From positions 1 through 64,000 of IMG/VR virus record IMGVR_UViG_3300024232_000009: a DNA stretch of 64,000 nt; one strand, written 5' to 3'. The position numbers and the translations under genes were made by a program. Shown here piece after piece: positions 1-8,531 of this stretch (its first letter is position 1; the number at the start of each line of letters is the position of its first letter). The stretch comes from a virus. Lineage: Duplodnaviria > Caudoviricetes. The notes beneath the pieces were generated by a model that was given only the letters and a program-made list of their open reading frames with translations, did not search any database and was not told the origin of the DNA.

Positions 1-108
1 TTTGTTCGCGCCAGATGGGCAGATACAGCCAACGGGTAGTACCGGGAGCGCCATTGGAAATGCCGGATACTGTCCTGGCATCCAAGGAGGCAGATCGCCG
101 GCACTCAT
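1..108 (-). CDS. Small Cys-containing phage protein, partial (runs off left edge)
   Basis: ATG at 108 overlaps the stop of the upstream gene (ATGA). Reads MSAGDLPPWMPGQYPAFPMALPVLPVGCICPSGANK and is open to the window edge. Confidence 0.55.
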   Translation of the reverse strand, partial: MSAGDLPPWMPGQYPAFPMALPVLPVGCICPSGANK

Positions 109-497
109 CCCTTCACATCCTTTTCCTCTGCCACGACCACCAACTGATCCTCCGGGCTGTCTCTGATGTCCTGGCGGATCACCCTCGGGAAAATCAGACA
201 CCCATCCGACGCTGTATGGTTCGCCGCCGCATTGTCACCATGGATGTAGAACCCGCTGCGCCCGTGCATCTCATTCGCCAGTTCGGGTTCTAACGGCATC
301 GCGATCGGCCCGAGGTGCCCAACCGGGTCTTGCGGATCACGGATCAGGTAACGCCCAACGGGAATCGGCCCCGTGGCATGGACGTTCTGCATCCCCGGGG
401 CGTTGAGGCCTGGGCCATGCCCCGAGTATCCCCGCGCCAGCAGAGCGCCGTCAGGGCCGTAGAGAGAACCGGTCCGTTGGACGTAGGTAAAGCTCAC
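105..497 (-). CDS. Tlde1/DUF2778-type L,D-transpeptidase-fold peptidoglycan enzyme, putative endolysin
   Basis: YSG...GPIPVGRY...GRSGFYIHGDN...SDGCLI carries the His...Cys catalytic signature. Lies in the lysis position downstream of tail fibre and holin-like genes. Confidence 0.8.
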   Translation of the reverse strand: MSFTYVQRTGSLYGPDGALLARGYSGHGPGLNAPGMQNVHATGPIPVGRYLIRDPQDPVGHLGPIAMPLEPELANEMHGRSGFYIHGDNAAANHTASDGCLIFPRVIRQDIRDSPEDQLVVVAEEKDVKG

Positions 498-706
498 TTG
501 TGGTCCACCGAATGGATCGTCCCCGTAATCTCGAACGGATGCGCGAATCCCGCCTTCCGCGCCATGAGCGTGGCGATGCCATTGGTCATCACCCGGATCG
601 CCTCGACGTAGTCGGGATCGCGCATCAGCGCCTCGGCCATCTTCATTTCCTCTGGTGTCGCGCCGGGGATATCGGCGACATAGTGAACGACGGTGTGCAT
701 TTTCAT
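494..706 (-). CDS. Hypothetical protein (70 aa)
   Basis: Coupled by 4-nt overlaps on both sides; protein-like composition. Confidence 0.7.
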   Translation of the reverse strand: MKMHTVVHYVADIPGATPEEMKMAEALMRDPDYVEAIRVMTNGIATLMARKAGFAHPFEITGTIHSVDHK

Positions 707-1080
707 GTGATCAACCTCCGGATGATTCGCCGCCTGTCTTCAGGCCGCATGTAGTAACCAAGCGCCTCGTGCATGATCTCGGTCGGCCCGTCAAACGGTG
801 GGTCCGCACGCTCCAACGCTCGTCGAAGTCTCCACATGCTTACCATTAGCGCTTTGTCCGACGGGTCCGAATCGGGACAGAACTGTCCAATGCAGCACCG
901 AAGATAATCATGCGAACAAGGTCGCGTCGATCTTATGATAGCGGTTAACATCACGAGCAACTGAAGCGTGAGATAGACGCCATCGACCGCTGACAACTGA
1001 ATGTTCCGCGCCGCCTTTAGCTGGCGGTTCTCCTCCCGCAGCGTTTCGTTTTCGACGCGAAGGGCGGCGATCTGGTCCAC
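703..1080 (-). CDS. OmpR/PhoB-type winged-helix DNA-binding protein with N-terminal coiled coil
   Basis: N-terminal heptads (LRVENETLREENRQL), then KALMVSMWRLRRAL...IMHEALGYYM resembling the recognition helix and wing of OmpR-type wHTH. Confidence 0.6.
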   Translation of the reverse strand: MDQIAALRVENETLREENRQLKAARNIQLSAVDGVYLTLQLLVMLTAIIRSTRPCSHDYLRCCIGQFCPDSDPSDKALMVSMWRLRRALERADPPFDGPTEIMHEALGYYMRPEDRRRIIRRLIT

Positions 1081-1431
1081 TCACTCCGTCCCGCGTCTGT
1101 CCGCTGGCCCCGTCCTCCGATCCGCGACGCCGGTCCTGCGATCCGTGCCGTCCCACCCTTCGCTTCCCTTTTCCGCCAGCGCTCGTGCAACAATTTCTTG
1201 TTGCTGCCCGACCTGCTCCACGACGCCCGCCGCCGCCTCAATTAAGACGGGCTTTATCTGTTCCACGGTCTTCCTGGCAATGACTTCTCCCGCGCCATTA
1301 TGGAGAGCGTTCGTGATCTCGATGACGATCGTCTTTTTGTTTCTGTTTTGCCGATTGATGATTAGGGCTCCCAAAAGGGTCCCAGCGATGCCCCAGACGT
1401 GGTCGAGGATATAAGCGACTTCAGGCGTCAT
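1081..1431 (-). CDS. Membrane protein, possible holin
   Basis: One N-terminal hydrophobic segment (VWGIAGTLLGALII), charged C-terminus with DRRTGxA repeats, position just upstream of the endolysin candidate. Confidence 0.5.
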   Translation of the reverse strand: MTPEVAYILDHVWGIAGTLLGALIINRQNRNKKTIVIEITNALHNGAGEVIARKTVEQIKPVLIEAAAGVVEQVGQQQEIVARALAEKGSEGWDGTDRRTGVADRRTGPADRRGTE

Positions 1432-1443
1432 CGGTGTTCCTCG

Positions 1444-1653
1444 TCAGTCGGATGGGCTGGTTGAGGCGTTGGTTAAAGTCCCCGTCGGCGTGAACGCGCC
1501 ACCGGTTCCTTGATTGATTGGAAACCCTGTGGCGTCGCCAGACATCAGCACACACGGCGTTCCCAACGCCGCCGTCGCCACTGCCGGATCAATAGGCTCT
1601 GCGTCTCCGTATTTTCGGTCAACAAGAGTGCGTCGCAAATCTGACCGGACCAT
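1444..1653 (-). CDS. Stand-alone C-terminal fragment of a LamG-like tail domain (possible remnant)
   Basis: DLRRTL...TPCVLMSGDATGFPINQGTGGAFTPTGTLTNASTSPSD aligns by eye with ANRRNF...TPPLFLTRDGAATTFTVNNGRGGPFSISSG...NPPGS in the 26100-28052 protein. Confidence 0.5.
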   Translation of the reverse strand: MVRSDLRRTLVDRKYGDAEPIDPAVATAALGTPCVLMSGDATGFPINQGTGGAFTPTGTLTNASTSPSD

Positions 1654-1716
1654 TGTGACCTCGGCGTTTTGATCGGGACGGTCGTCATGAATGGTGCCCT
1701 TTCCTATTCTTTAGTG

Positions 1717-1745
1717 TTGATTTTTCCAGACGACCTTTCCAGAGT
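1717..1745 (+). promoter_or_regulatory. Putative sigma70 promoter for a leaderless peptide
   Basis: TTGATT (1717-1722), 17-nt spacer, CAGAGT (1740-1745). The ATG at 1752 falls at the expected start site. Locally AT-rich. Confidence 0.4.
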
Positions 1746-1751
1746 CCGTCC

Positions 1752-1853
1752 ATGGAAACCCTCACGCAATACGCACTCGCCGCGCTGAACGTGGCTGTTG
1801 GGCTCGCGAGCGGCCTGTATGTTGGATTGCATTGGCTGAAGGCCATCAGATAA
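1752..1853 (+). CDS. 33-aa single-TM peptide, moron-like, antisense to the late operon
   Basis: METLTQYALAALNVAVGLASGLYVGLHWLKAIR fills the gap between minus-strand genes and converges on the tail-fibre stop. Below the ORF-track size cutoff. Confidence 0.55.
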   Translation: METLTQYALAALNVAVGLASGLYVGLHWLKAIR

Positions 1854-4800
1854 AAAACCACCACACGCCACCGTCGGCACCCGCGGCACCGTCGCCGCCC
1901 ACTGACGTGCCTCCTCCACCACCCCCGCCGCCGCCTCCTGGTGTCGCTCCGGCGTTCGCATTCCCTCCTGTCGCGGCATTATTGCCACCGCCGCCAGGGC
2001 CACCCGCACCGCCGTAGCGAGTATCGCCAGCCGTGGCCGTGCCGATGCCCGCGTTACCGTCCGCGCCGCCGCCTGTTGCCCCGCCGCCCGACGTTGCGGC
2101 ATTGACGGTTGAACCCTTACTGCCCGCCGCCGATGTGCCAGGAGACGCCGCCGTGACTCCGCCGCCAGCACCGCCACCACCAGCACCCCACATGCTGCCG
2201 CCGCCTACCGCCGCGGCACCCGTCGTGCCCTCGCCGCCACCGCCGCCACCGCCGTATTCCGCGATCTGCCCGGCGGCGCCTTGAATGCCGTTACCGCCCG
2301 CGCCCCCCACGACCGCATTATTCGCGAATGCAGCGGTGACAGGGCCGCCGCCGGCCGCCGACGTGCCGCTGCTACTCGCACCCGAACCGTTCGCTCCTAC
2401 GCCGCCCGCGCCACCACCCCCACCGCCAGCCCATGTGACGGCCGTCGTACCGCCGCCATGGCCAAAGCCGCCGCCGCCAGCGACCGTGATGTTATTGATT
2501 ATGGAAGCAGTGCCGCTGGTTCCAGAATTGCCGACCGCGCTGCTGCCTCCGGTGCCCTTGCCACCTCCGGTTCCGGCGATAATCGTTACGACCGTTCCCA
2601 GATTGGCGACGAGCCATGTATCCTCTTTGCGTGCGCCGCCGCCACCACCAGTGCCGCCCTGCCGCAGGGTGCCCGCTGCTGTTCCGGCCCCACCACCACC
2701 GCCTCCACCTCCTCCATAAGCAGTGAAATGGAACCACGTCGCGGTGCCGGGGACCGACACAGCCGTTGTCCCGGCAGCGATGATCGAACCACTGGCGATG
2801 ACGCCGCCAGTTCCGGCAGATGCTGACAATGTGCCCGCTGTGGAGAGGGTTAAATTAGACCCGATGGCAATCGCTGTTGGTACCGCCGTCGCAGTAGACG
2901 CATTCCCAAGCAATGTCGTCGCCGCTTGCGTAGCAAGCGAGATCGTTCCTGAATTGGTGATTGTTCCCCCGGCGAGACCGCTCCCGGCAACAACGGAAGT
3001 GACGGACCCGGCGGGCACCGCACCGCCATCCTTGATAAGTTTCCCCGTGGTTCCATCGAATACCGCGAGATGTCCGTCAGTTGCACTGGCCGGACCAACA
3101 ACGACCGTGGAGGGATTGAGCGAAAACTGAGTGTAGGTTAGGGGGTCCGTTCCTACCGTCGTAACCTGAGACGTGATCACCCATGTCGTGCTGCCATTAG
3201 CCGTGCCATTAACGACGGGGATCGCTCCCGTATTATTGATATCCGATGGCTGGTCGTAATCCAGCGCGCGAGTGAAGATTGGTGGGAGAATCCCGGTCTG
3301 AATTTGGGTGACGTAGTAGACACCGTTGAATGCACCTGACGGACTCTGAGTGTCATTCTTAACCAGCAGCCGTTGCCCAACGGCAGTGAAGGTATAGCCG
3401 TCGATCGTCACGGCGGTATTCACCGATCCGGTGAAAAACGCACCTATGCCGGAAGCGCCGTTGTTGTATGTGAACCCGCTGGTATCTCCCGCGGACGTGG
3501 TCGCTGCCTGAACTGCCACGGCCGGATTGAGCGCGGCGGCGACGCTATCAACATAAGCTTTATTGGCCGCGTCTGTGTTGCCGGACGGATTGGGCAGACC
3601 AGAAACCGTCGCCGTACCATTGAAGGTTTGCGTCGCGGTCCACGAATTGGCATGTCCGGTGTTCAGATCGACAGTAATCGTCCCTGTCGTGGTGATCGGA
3701 TTGGTGCCGCCCAGCGAAAGCGTGCTGCTTGGACTAGAGACCGTAATACTTGTAACGGACCCCGTCCCCGGAGCGCTGGCCGACAGAGTCCCAGCCGTCG
3801 AGAGGGTGAGATTAGCGCCAATGGCGATATCAGAAGGCACTGCCGCGGCTGTTCCCGGGTTCCCCATCAGCGTTGATGCGGTGCGTGTGGACAGCGACAC
3901 CGTGCCAGTTGTCGTGATGTCGCCGCCAGTGACACCGTTGGCCGTGCTGACCTTCGTTACCGTGCCGCCGCTTCCCGTCGCGACCAGACTGCCACCTGAA
4001 AACGCTAACCCAGACCCAATCGGGATCGCGGTAGGCACAGCGCTCGCGGTCGTCGCGTTGGCGATGATGCTTGACGCGGCGATAGCGGCAACGGAGATCG
4101 TTCCAGTGGTCGTTACCGGACCACCCGTGAGCAGCGCTCCAGTCGCGAGATTGGTGACCGTGCCCGTTCCCAGGCCCGCAATGGCTGAAGCCAGCACGAC
4201 CGCACCGGTACCCGTCGTACTCGCCGCGCTGATCGCTGTTCCATCGCCTGACAGTATGCCCGTGACGGTGGTCGTCAGCGTGATCGCGGGCGTCGTCGTA
4301 TCCGTCGCCACGCTGCCCGCGAAGCCATTGGCTGAGACGACGGAGACCTTCGTGACCGAGCCGCCCGTCAGCGTCCCACCGTCCTTGATCAGCTTCCCTG
4401 TCGTGCCATCAAATAGCGCTACATGGCCATCTACCGCCGAAGATGGGCCCGTGACGAGGCTCGCGATCGAACTCGCCTTCAGGTAGTTGCCGGTCCCGGT
4501 GACATCGACGCCTTTGATGGAATCAGCATTGACCCATTCCGCGGCCTGTCCGACGGTCGGGCCGCCAGACAAGAAGACGTCACCACCACCGAGCGAACTC
4601 AATGTGCCAGCAGGAGACAGGCTCAGACCTGCTCCCACGGCAATTGCCCCACCGGGCCCGACTACCGTACCGGCATTCCCGAACAGGCTGCTCGCCGCGA
4701 GATTTGACGTCACAGTGGCCAGCGTTCCGGCCAGAAGCGTTAGGCCAGCCCCGATCTTGGTTGCCGATCCAGCCTGCCATTGAGGGCTAAGAGTGCCCAA

Positions 4801-5313
4801 CGACAGTGAAAGACCGGCCCCAAAGGTTGAAACCGCGCCGCCGTTCCACTGGACTGTTAGCGTGCCCTTGTCGGTGATCGGGCCACCCGAAATACCCGCT
4901 CCGGAAGTAGCTACCAGTTCGACGCCGCCGGATGGACCAATCGGACCGACGTCGCCTTTCGCGCCTTGATTACTGATCACCCATTTGCGCGGCGGGTATT
5001 TCAATGGCGTATCAAAACTGGTGAAGGTCAGGCTTCCGCCGTGTGGAACCAACACACCTTCATTGAGCGCCAGCGTGCCGATGCGATCGCCATACAACGG
5101 GTAGACGGTCAGATCGTTGGCCGAATCCTCGTTGTAGACGGTGATGGAATTCTGATCCGGGCCGGGGAGCGTCGCGGCTCCACCCGGCACGACCAGACGG
5201 AAGATGTTACCCACCGGGACGAGCGGAGTCCCGGTCTGCTGCGTCACACCGAGCGCGACCAGTCCATCCTGGCCGAACAGCGGTGGCTGGGTCGAACTCG
5301 GGTTGATCGTCAC
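1846..5313 (-). CDS. Long tail fibre / Gly-Thr-rich adhesin-like protein (1155 aa)
   Basis: Short collagen-like triplets (GAKGDVGPIGPSG), DAANKAYVD fibre motif, duplicated FDGTTGKLIKDGG module, four TLxGN...IxIGxxLTLSxAGTLS repeats, glycine-rich C-terminal domain. Confidence 0.85.
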   Translation of the reverse strand: MTINPSSTQPPLFGQDGLVALGVTQQTGTPLVPVGNIFRLVVPGGAATLPGPDQNSITVYNEDSANDLTVYPLYGDRIGTLALNEGVLVPHGGSLTFTSFDTPLKYPPRKWVISNQGAKGDVGPIGPSGGVELVATSGAGISGGPITDKGTLTVQWNGGAVSTFGAGLSLSLGTLSPQWQAGSATKIGAGLTLLAGTLATVTSNLAASSLFGNAGTVVGPGGAIAVGAGLSLSPAGTLSSLGGGDVFLSGGPTVGQAAEWVNADSIKGVDVTGTGNYLKASSIASLVTGPSSAVDGHVALFDGTTGKLIKDGGTLTGGSVTKVSVVSANGFAGSVATDTTTPAITLTTTVTGILSGDGTAISAASTTGTGAVVLASAIAGLGTGTVTNLATGALLTGGPVTTTGTISVAAIAASSIIANATTASAVPTAIPIGSGLAFSGGSLVATGSGGTVTKVSTANGVTGGDITTTGTVSLSTRTASTLMGNPGTAAAVPSDIAIGANLTLSTAGTLSASAPGTGSVTSITVSSPSSTLSLGGTNPITTTGTITVDLNTGHANSWTATQTFNGTATVSGLPNPSGNTDAANKAYVDSVAAALNPAVAVQAATTSAGDTSGFTYNNGASGIGAFFTGSVNTAVTIDGYTFTAVGQRLLVKNDTQSPSGAFNGVYYVTQIQTGILPPIFTRALDYDQPSDINNTGAIPVVNGTANGSTTWVITSQVTTVGTDPLTYTQFSLNPSTVVVGPASATDGHLAVFDGTTGKLIKDGGAVPAGSVTSVVAGSGLAGGTITNSGTISLATQAATTLLGNASTATAVPTAIAIGSNLTLSTAGTLSASAGTGGVIASGSIIAAGTTAVSVPGTATWFHFTAYGGGGGGGGGAGTAAGTLRQGGTGGGGGARKEDTWLVANLGTVVTIIAGTGGGKGTGGSSAVGNSGTSGTASIINNITVAGGGGFGHGGGTTAVTWAGGGGGGAGGVGANGSGASSSGTSAAGGGPVTAAFANNAVVGGAGGNGIQGAAGQIAEYGGGGGGGEGTTGAAAVGGGSMWGAGGGGAGGGVTAASPGTSAAGSKGSTVNAATSGGGATGGGADGNAGIGTATAGDTRYGGAGGPGGGGNNAATGGNANAGATPGGGGGGGGGGTSVGGDGAAGADGGVWWFFI

Positions 5314-6260
5314 GACGCGACAGCCGTGAATATGATCCAGTTGGTCACCTGGACCGGTGGGATATTCTGCGACGTGCCTGTCAGAGCCGAGGTCGCCGTG
5401 GTCGTGACCGAGGTAGATGCCGCAATATTGGTGTAGGCGTTCCTCGTAGTGCCGTCGGCGATGTCACCCCCTGAGATGCTCGTGGCCTGTCCGTCAGCCG
5501 GGCCGCCGCCATTGTTCTGCAAGGAAAAGGCATGTGGATGCCCAGGATCCGTCAGCGTCGTCACCGCAGTACTGGACGCCGTTATAGTGTCGGCCTGGGC
5601 GTGCTGATCACCACCAACGGCACCAAGCGTGGTCGCGGTCACACCGGAGACCGCATTCGTCACCCGGTTCGCGGCCGATCCGCCCATGTTGTCCTTGCCG
5701 AGCGGAACACGTCCGCGCAGATCCGGCAGATTGAACGTCGTGGTCGTGTCGCCGGCACCAAATGCCGTGCCGATCGTGGCGAACAGGGTCGCGTACGTGG
5801 TTCTGCTTACGGCCTGACCATAACAAAGCAGCCATCCCGATGGAGCCGTGGTCCCGCCATAGGGCAGGATCGATCCGATTTGGACACCCCCGAGCGTGGC
5901 CTTGTATTGGTCCAAGGATGCCAGGATCGCGGCCTGAGGCGATAGAATGTTGTCGACCGTCCATATCGGATTGGTGGGAGGGTCGGTGTCGTCAGCCGGC
6001 GCGAGGACGAACTTGTATTCGAGGGTCGGATCCAGCCACAAACCACATGACGTTCCCGTGGCCGATGGCGCGACTTCGCCGCGAGCGTTCAGGACGATTG
6101 GATTCGGGAGAGCGGTATCGCCGGTGGAATCAGTGAAGGCGTTTTGCTTCGTGGTGGTCGATGCCTCATAGGTGAACAGTAGGCCGCCGACGAGAAAGTT
6201 CGCGTCGTCATCCCAAAACTGCTGCACCGGCGCCGGTGACAGATACATCGAACCGGACAT
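5310..6260 (-). CDS. Tail fibre protein with tail-collar domain
   Basis: IGSILPYGGTTAPSGWLLCYGQAVSRTTYATLFATIGTAFGAGDTTTTFNLPDLRGR is the tail-collar signature. N-terminal LFTYEASTTT...NPIVLNARG is a virion-attachment-type domain. Confidence 0.9.
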   Translation of the reverse strand: MSGSMYLSPAPVQQFWDDDANFLVGGLLFTYEASTTTKQNAFTDSTGDTALPNPIVLNARGEVAPSATGTSCGLWLDPTLEYKFVLAPADDTDPPTNPIWTVDNILSPQAAILASLDQYKATLGGVQIGSILPYGGTTAPSGWLLCYGQAVSRTTYATLFATIGTAFGAGDTTTTFNLPDLRGRVPLGKDNMGGSAANRVTNAVSGVTATTLGAVGGDQHAQADTITASSTAVTTLTDPGHPHAFSLQNNGGGPADGQATSISGGDIADGTTRNAYTNIAASTSVTTTATSALTGTSQNIPPVQVTNWIIFTAVAS

Positions 6261-6523
6261 CAGGCGGTTCCCGTGCCGACCAGGTTGTAATAGCTGGTGA
6301 TCGTCGCTCCACCCTTGGTCGCCTTAGTCACCTGATAAGGCCAGATCGACGTTCCGGCCGGGACCGAGACCACAATCGAACTGCCGTCCATCAGAACCAA
6401 TGTGACGGTGCCGGCGACCGACGCGACGATTTGGATGGCGGTTCCGGGGCCGTTGGCCGGGGTATCCTCGGTCAGTTGGACCGCGCCGTAGTAGCTACCA
6501 TGAGCGCCAAGCAGACTGGTCAT
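6260..6523 (-). CDS. Small structural protein resembling the GTA head spike-base family
   Basis: AIQIVASVAGTVTLVLMDGSSIVVSVPAGTSIWPYQVTKAT resembles the RcGTA spike-base pattern (recognised by eye). Confidence 0.55.
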   Translation of the reverse strand: MTSLLGAHGSYYGAVQLTEDTPANGPGTAIQIVASVAGTVTLVLMDGSSIVVSVPAGTSIWPYQVTKATKGGATITSYYNLVGTGTA

Positions 6524-6549
6524 CGGGACTTCTCATGCAAAAGTGAGAT

Positions 6550-6572
6550 GTCCCGGGTATCCGCGCCCCGGT
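6550..6572 (-). promoter_or_regulatory. Late-leader hairpin family copy (upstream of spike-base gene)
   Basis: mRNA strand ACCGG-GGCGCGGATAC-CCGGGAC; same architecture as copies at 23813, 31110, 34559, 37671, 38993 and 41979. Confidence 0.6.
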
Positions 6573-6614
6573 TCGCAGCGCGACTATGCCACGCAGCCTA
6601 CGAAATCAGCAAGG

Positions 6615-7946
6615 TTAGGCTTTGACGTCGAGGGCATACCCGAAGCGGTGAAGGTCCGGCAGCGTCTCAATGACCTTTTCGCCAATGTCGTCGCGGTAAA
6701 TTCGATCGGGCCAACTGACTTGGTCGACTACCTCATAGACCCTTTCCCGGGCCTTTGTAACGGTCTTCCCAAGCGCGGTGGCGCAGGCAACGTATGTGCC
6801 CGCGGTTTGATAAACTGGGCCATCGACGACTTTTCCGCCGTCCATGATGGGACCGATTCCCTTCATAGCCTCGACCAGATGCAAGTCGGGGAGTACCTTC
6901 TCGGCTCCGCGAATTGGAATACCTTCGGAGAGCGCAGGTGGTCTTTCGTCATAAGGAAAATCTGGCCGCGCCATTACGACCACCGCGGCTGGATCATAAC
7001 TGACTTTGAGGCTGTCTTTGCCCGTGAGCGCGCCCTTCATCCAGTTGAGCGGGTCGCCTCGATGGGAGGCAGTCTGAAGCCAGAAGCACGGATAACCAAG
7101 CCTCATGGTAAATTCCAAAAACCAAGCCTTTCCCTTGGTATCGATGATGAAATTCAATGCGGTATCCCCTCGGTGACCAAGGGCGCGGAGAGCTGTCTCC
7201 AACGGCAAGAGAAAGTCATCAGCCAGTTTGTCACTGTCGGTGTAAGCCGTAATCGTGCCCATCTCGCCAGTGGCGGGGCCGATATCGCCGGAACACATCG
7301 GTTTATGTTCCCAACAGAGTTGGAATTTTTCAGGCAAGAAGCCCTCGCTCCCCATCCATCCACTGATCCCAAGTTCGGCCACCCGATCGACCTTTTCTTG
7401 GAGCATCAGTTTGCCCTTGAATTTCACCCCGGCCTTTTTCTTCCGGCGGATCCACCCGACGAGGTCCGCCGCATCTTTGCTCATGAATGTTGCCGACTTG
7501 TCTTCTTCCGATCCGCACGGTTTGAATACCCATGCACGATCGGTCTTCAGAGCAAACGCCTCGACTTCATCGAGACTGTTGAACACCTGATAAGGCGGAA
7601 GGTTAGCGTCGATGGATTCCATCAATTCCATGCCAGCCGACCGTTCGATCTCCAGTTTCGCCGAAGCTGGTGTCGGCGCGAAGATCGACTGTTCGAAACC
7701 AAAATCCCGAAACCGATCCAGTTCCGTGAGATATCGATTGTTCGCAGTCAGGACGATGAGCCCATCCTTGGCCCAGTTCATGTGTTGACGCCAATCGTCA
7801 ACGACGACAAACAATGGGGAAAATCCCGTCGCATATTTCGTCGGTTTTGATTGATACCGGAACAACTTCACGTCATGCCCGGCCAGACCCGCACGCATAG
7901 CCAGGTCGAGCCCGCATCGATCCGAGTCAATAATCAGACAGCGCAT
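6615..7946 (-). CDS. PurD (GAR synthetase)-like ATP-grasp ligase, divergent
   Basis: WEHKPMCSGDIGPATGEMGT corresponds to PurD QDHKR...DTGPNTGGMGA, EFTMRLGYP to EFNARFGDP, and the C-terminal YRDDIG is present. The N-terminal GSGGREH loop is replaced by DSDRCGLDL. Confidence 0.85.
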   Translation of the reverse strand: MRCLIIDSDRCGLDLAMRAGLAGHDVKLFRYQSKPTKYATGFSPLFVVVDDWRQHMNWAKDGLIVLTANNRYLTELDRFRDFGFEQSIFAPTPASAKLEIERSAGMELMESIDANLPPYQVFNSLDEVEAFALKTDRAWVFKPCGSEEDKSATFMSKDAADLVGWIRRKKKAGVKFKGKLMLQEKVDRVAELGISGWMGSEGFLPEKFQLCWEHKPMCSGDIGPATGEMGTITAYTDSDKLADDFLLPLETALRALGHRGDTALNFIIDTKGKAWFLEFTMRLGYPCFWLQTASHRGDPLNWMKGALTGKDSLKVSYDPAAVVVMARPDFPYDERPPALSEGIPIRGAEKVLPDLHLVEAMKGIGPIMDGGKVVDGPVYQTAGTYVACATALGKTVTKARERVYEVVDQVSWPDRIYRDDIGEKVIETLPDLHRFGYALDVKA

Positions 7947-7976
7947 GACATCTGGCCTTCATTCCTTCCGGGGGAG

Positions 7977-8053
7977 TGATATAAAAGCAGAACGCGGCAG
8001 GCCGTTGCCCGACCTGACCGCGTCCCTGACCACCTATCCGTTGGAGCGGAGCG
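7977..8053 (+). promoter_or_regulatory. Extended -10 promoter and structured leader of the HNH gene
   Basis: TGaTATAAA at 7977-7985, then hairpin ACGCGG-CAGG...CCTG-A-CCGCGT, CCCTGACCAC, and a second small stem containing the GGAG ribosome site just before the ATG at 8054. Confidence 0.5.
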
Positions 8054-8524
8054 ATGGCTGCTAAAATTGTGACGCATCGAGTGCCGTTGATCCAGAGGTT
8101 CTGGAGCAAGGTCGAAGTATCTGATGACTGTTGGCTTTGGACATCCGACAGAAAAGACACCGGGTACGGACAATTCCACTATCTCGGAAAAACCAGTCGA
8201 GCACACCGGGTCGCCTGGATTTTGTCTTACGGGGATATTCCCCCAGGACTGAACGTCTTGCACACCTGCGACAATCCGCCATGCGTCAGACCCGACCATC
8301 TGTTTCTTGGCACCACCAAAGACAACATCGAAGACAAGGTTACCAAAGGTCGCGCCTGGGGCGGCAGACGTCTCGCGTGGGAGGATGTCTGCATCATCCG
8401 CGCATCCGGTAGTTCTGCCGTGGATGTGGCTGAAGAATTCTCCGTCAGTAGATCGCTTGTTTCCATGATCCGGACAGGCCGCATTTGGCCGAGACCACAT
8501 CATGACTGGATACCTTCCCAATAA
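8054..8524 (+). CDS. Free-standing HNH homing endonuclease inserted antisense in the late operon
   Basis: RFWSKV...CWLW...GYG...AHRVAW...VLHTCDNPPCVRPDHLFLGTTKDNIED is a classic phage HNH; C-terminal HTH. Confidence 0.92.
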   Translation: MAAKIVTHRVPLIQRFWSKVEVSDDCWLWTSDRKDTGYGQFHYLGKTSRAHRVAWILSYGDIPPGLNVLHTCDNPPCVRPDHLFLGTTKDNIEDKVTKGRAWGGRRLAWEDVCIIRASGSSAVDVAEEFSVSRSLVSMIRTGRIWPRPHHDWIPSQ

Positions 8525-8531
8525 TTCTCAC

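Noticed and set aside
1084-1150. c-di-GMP-binding (PilZ RxxxR) motif in the DRR repeats
   Set aside because: Arg spacing does not give RxxxR, and there is no PilZ barrel.
1846-2760. Gly-rich GGC runs as a tandem repeat, CRISPR or DGR variable region
   Set aside because: The repeats are codon-level low complexity. No spacer-repeat periodicity, no reverse transcriptase and no template/variable repeat pair were seen anywhere in the window.
6543-7850. 435-aa plus-strand ORF antisense to the PurD-like gene
   Set aside because: No recognisable motifs or ribosome site; typical shadow ORF of a high-GC gene. The same applies to 10401-12137, 17087-18760, 19316-20539, 21268-22551, 36532-37725 and 43803-45059.
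6615-7946. Interpretation as a PurZ/Z-genome or ordinary purine auxiliary gene
   Set aside because: Motifs are ATP-grasp PurD-type, not PurA/PurZ. No dATPase or other purine genes are in the window, and the phosphoribosyl-binding loop is altered.
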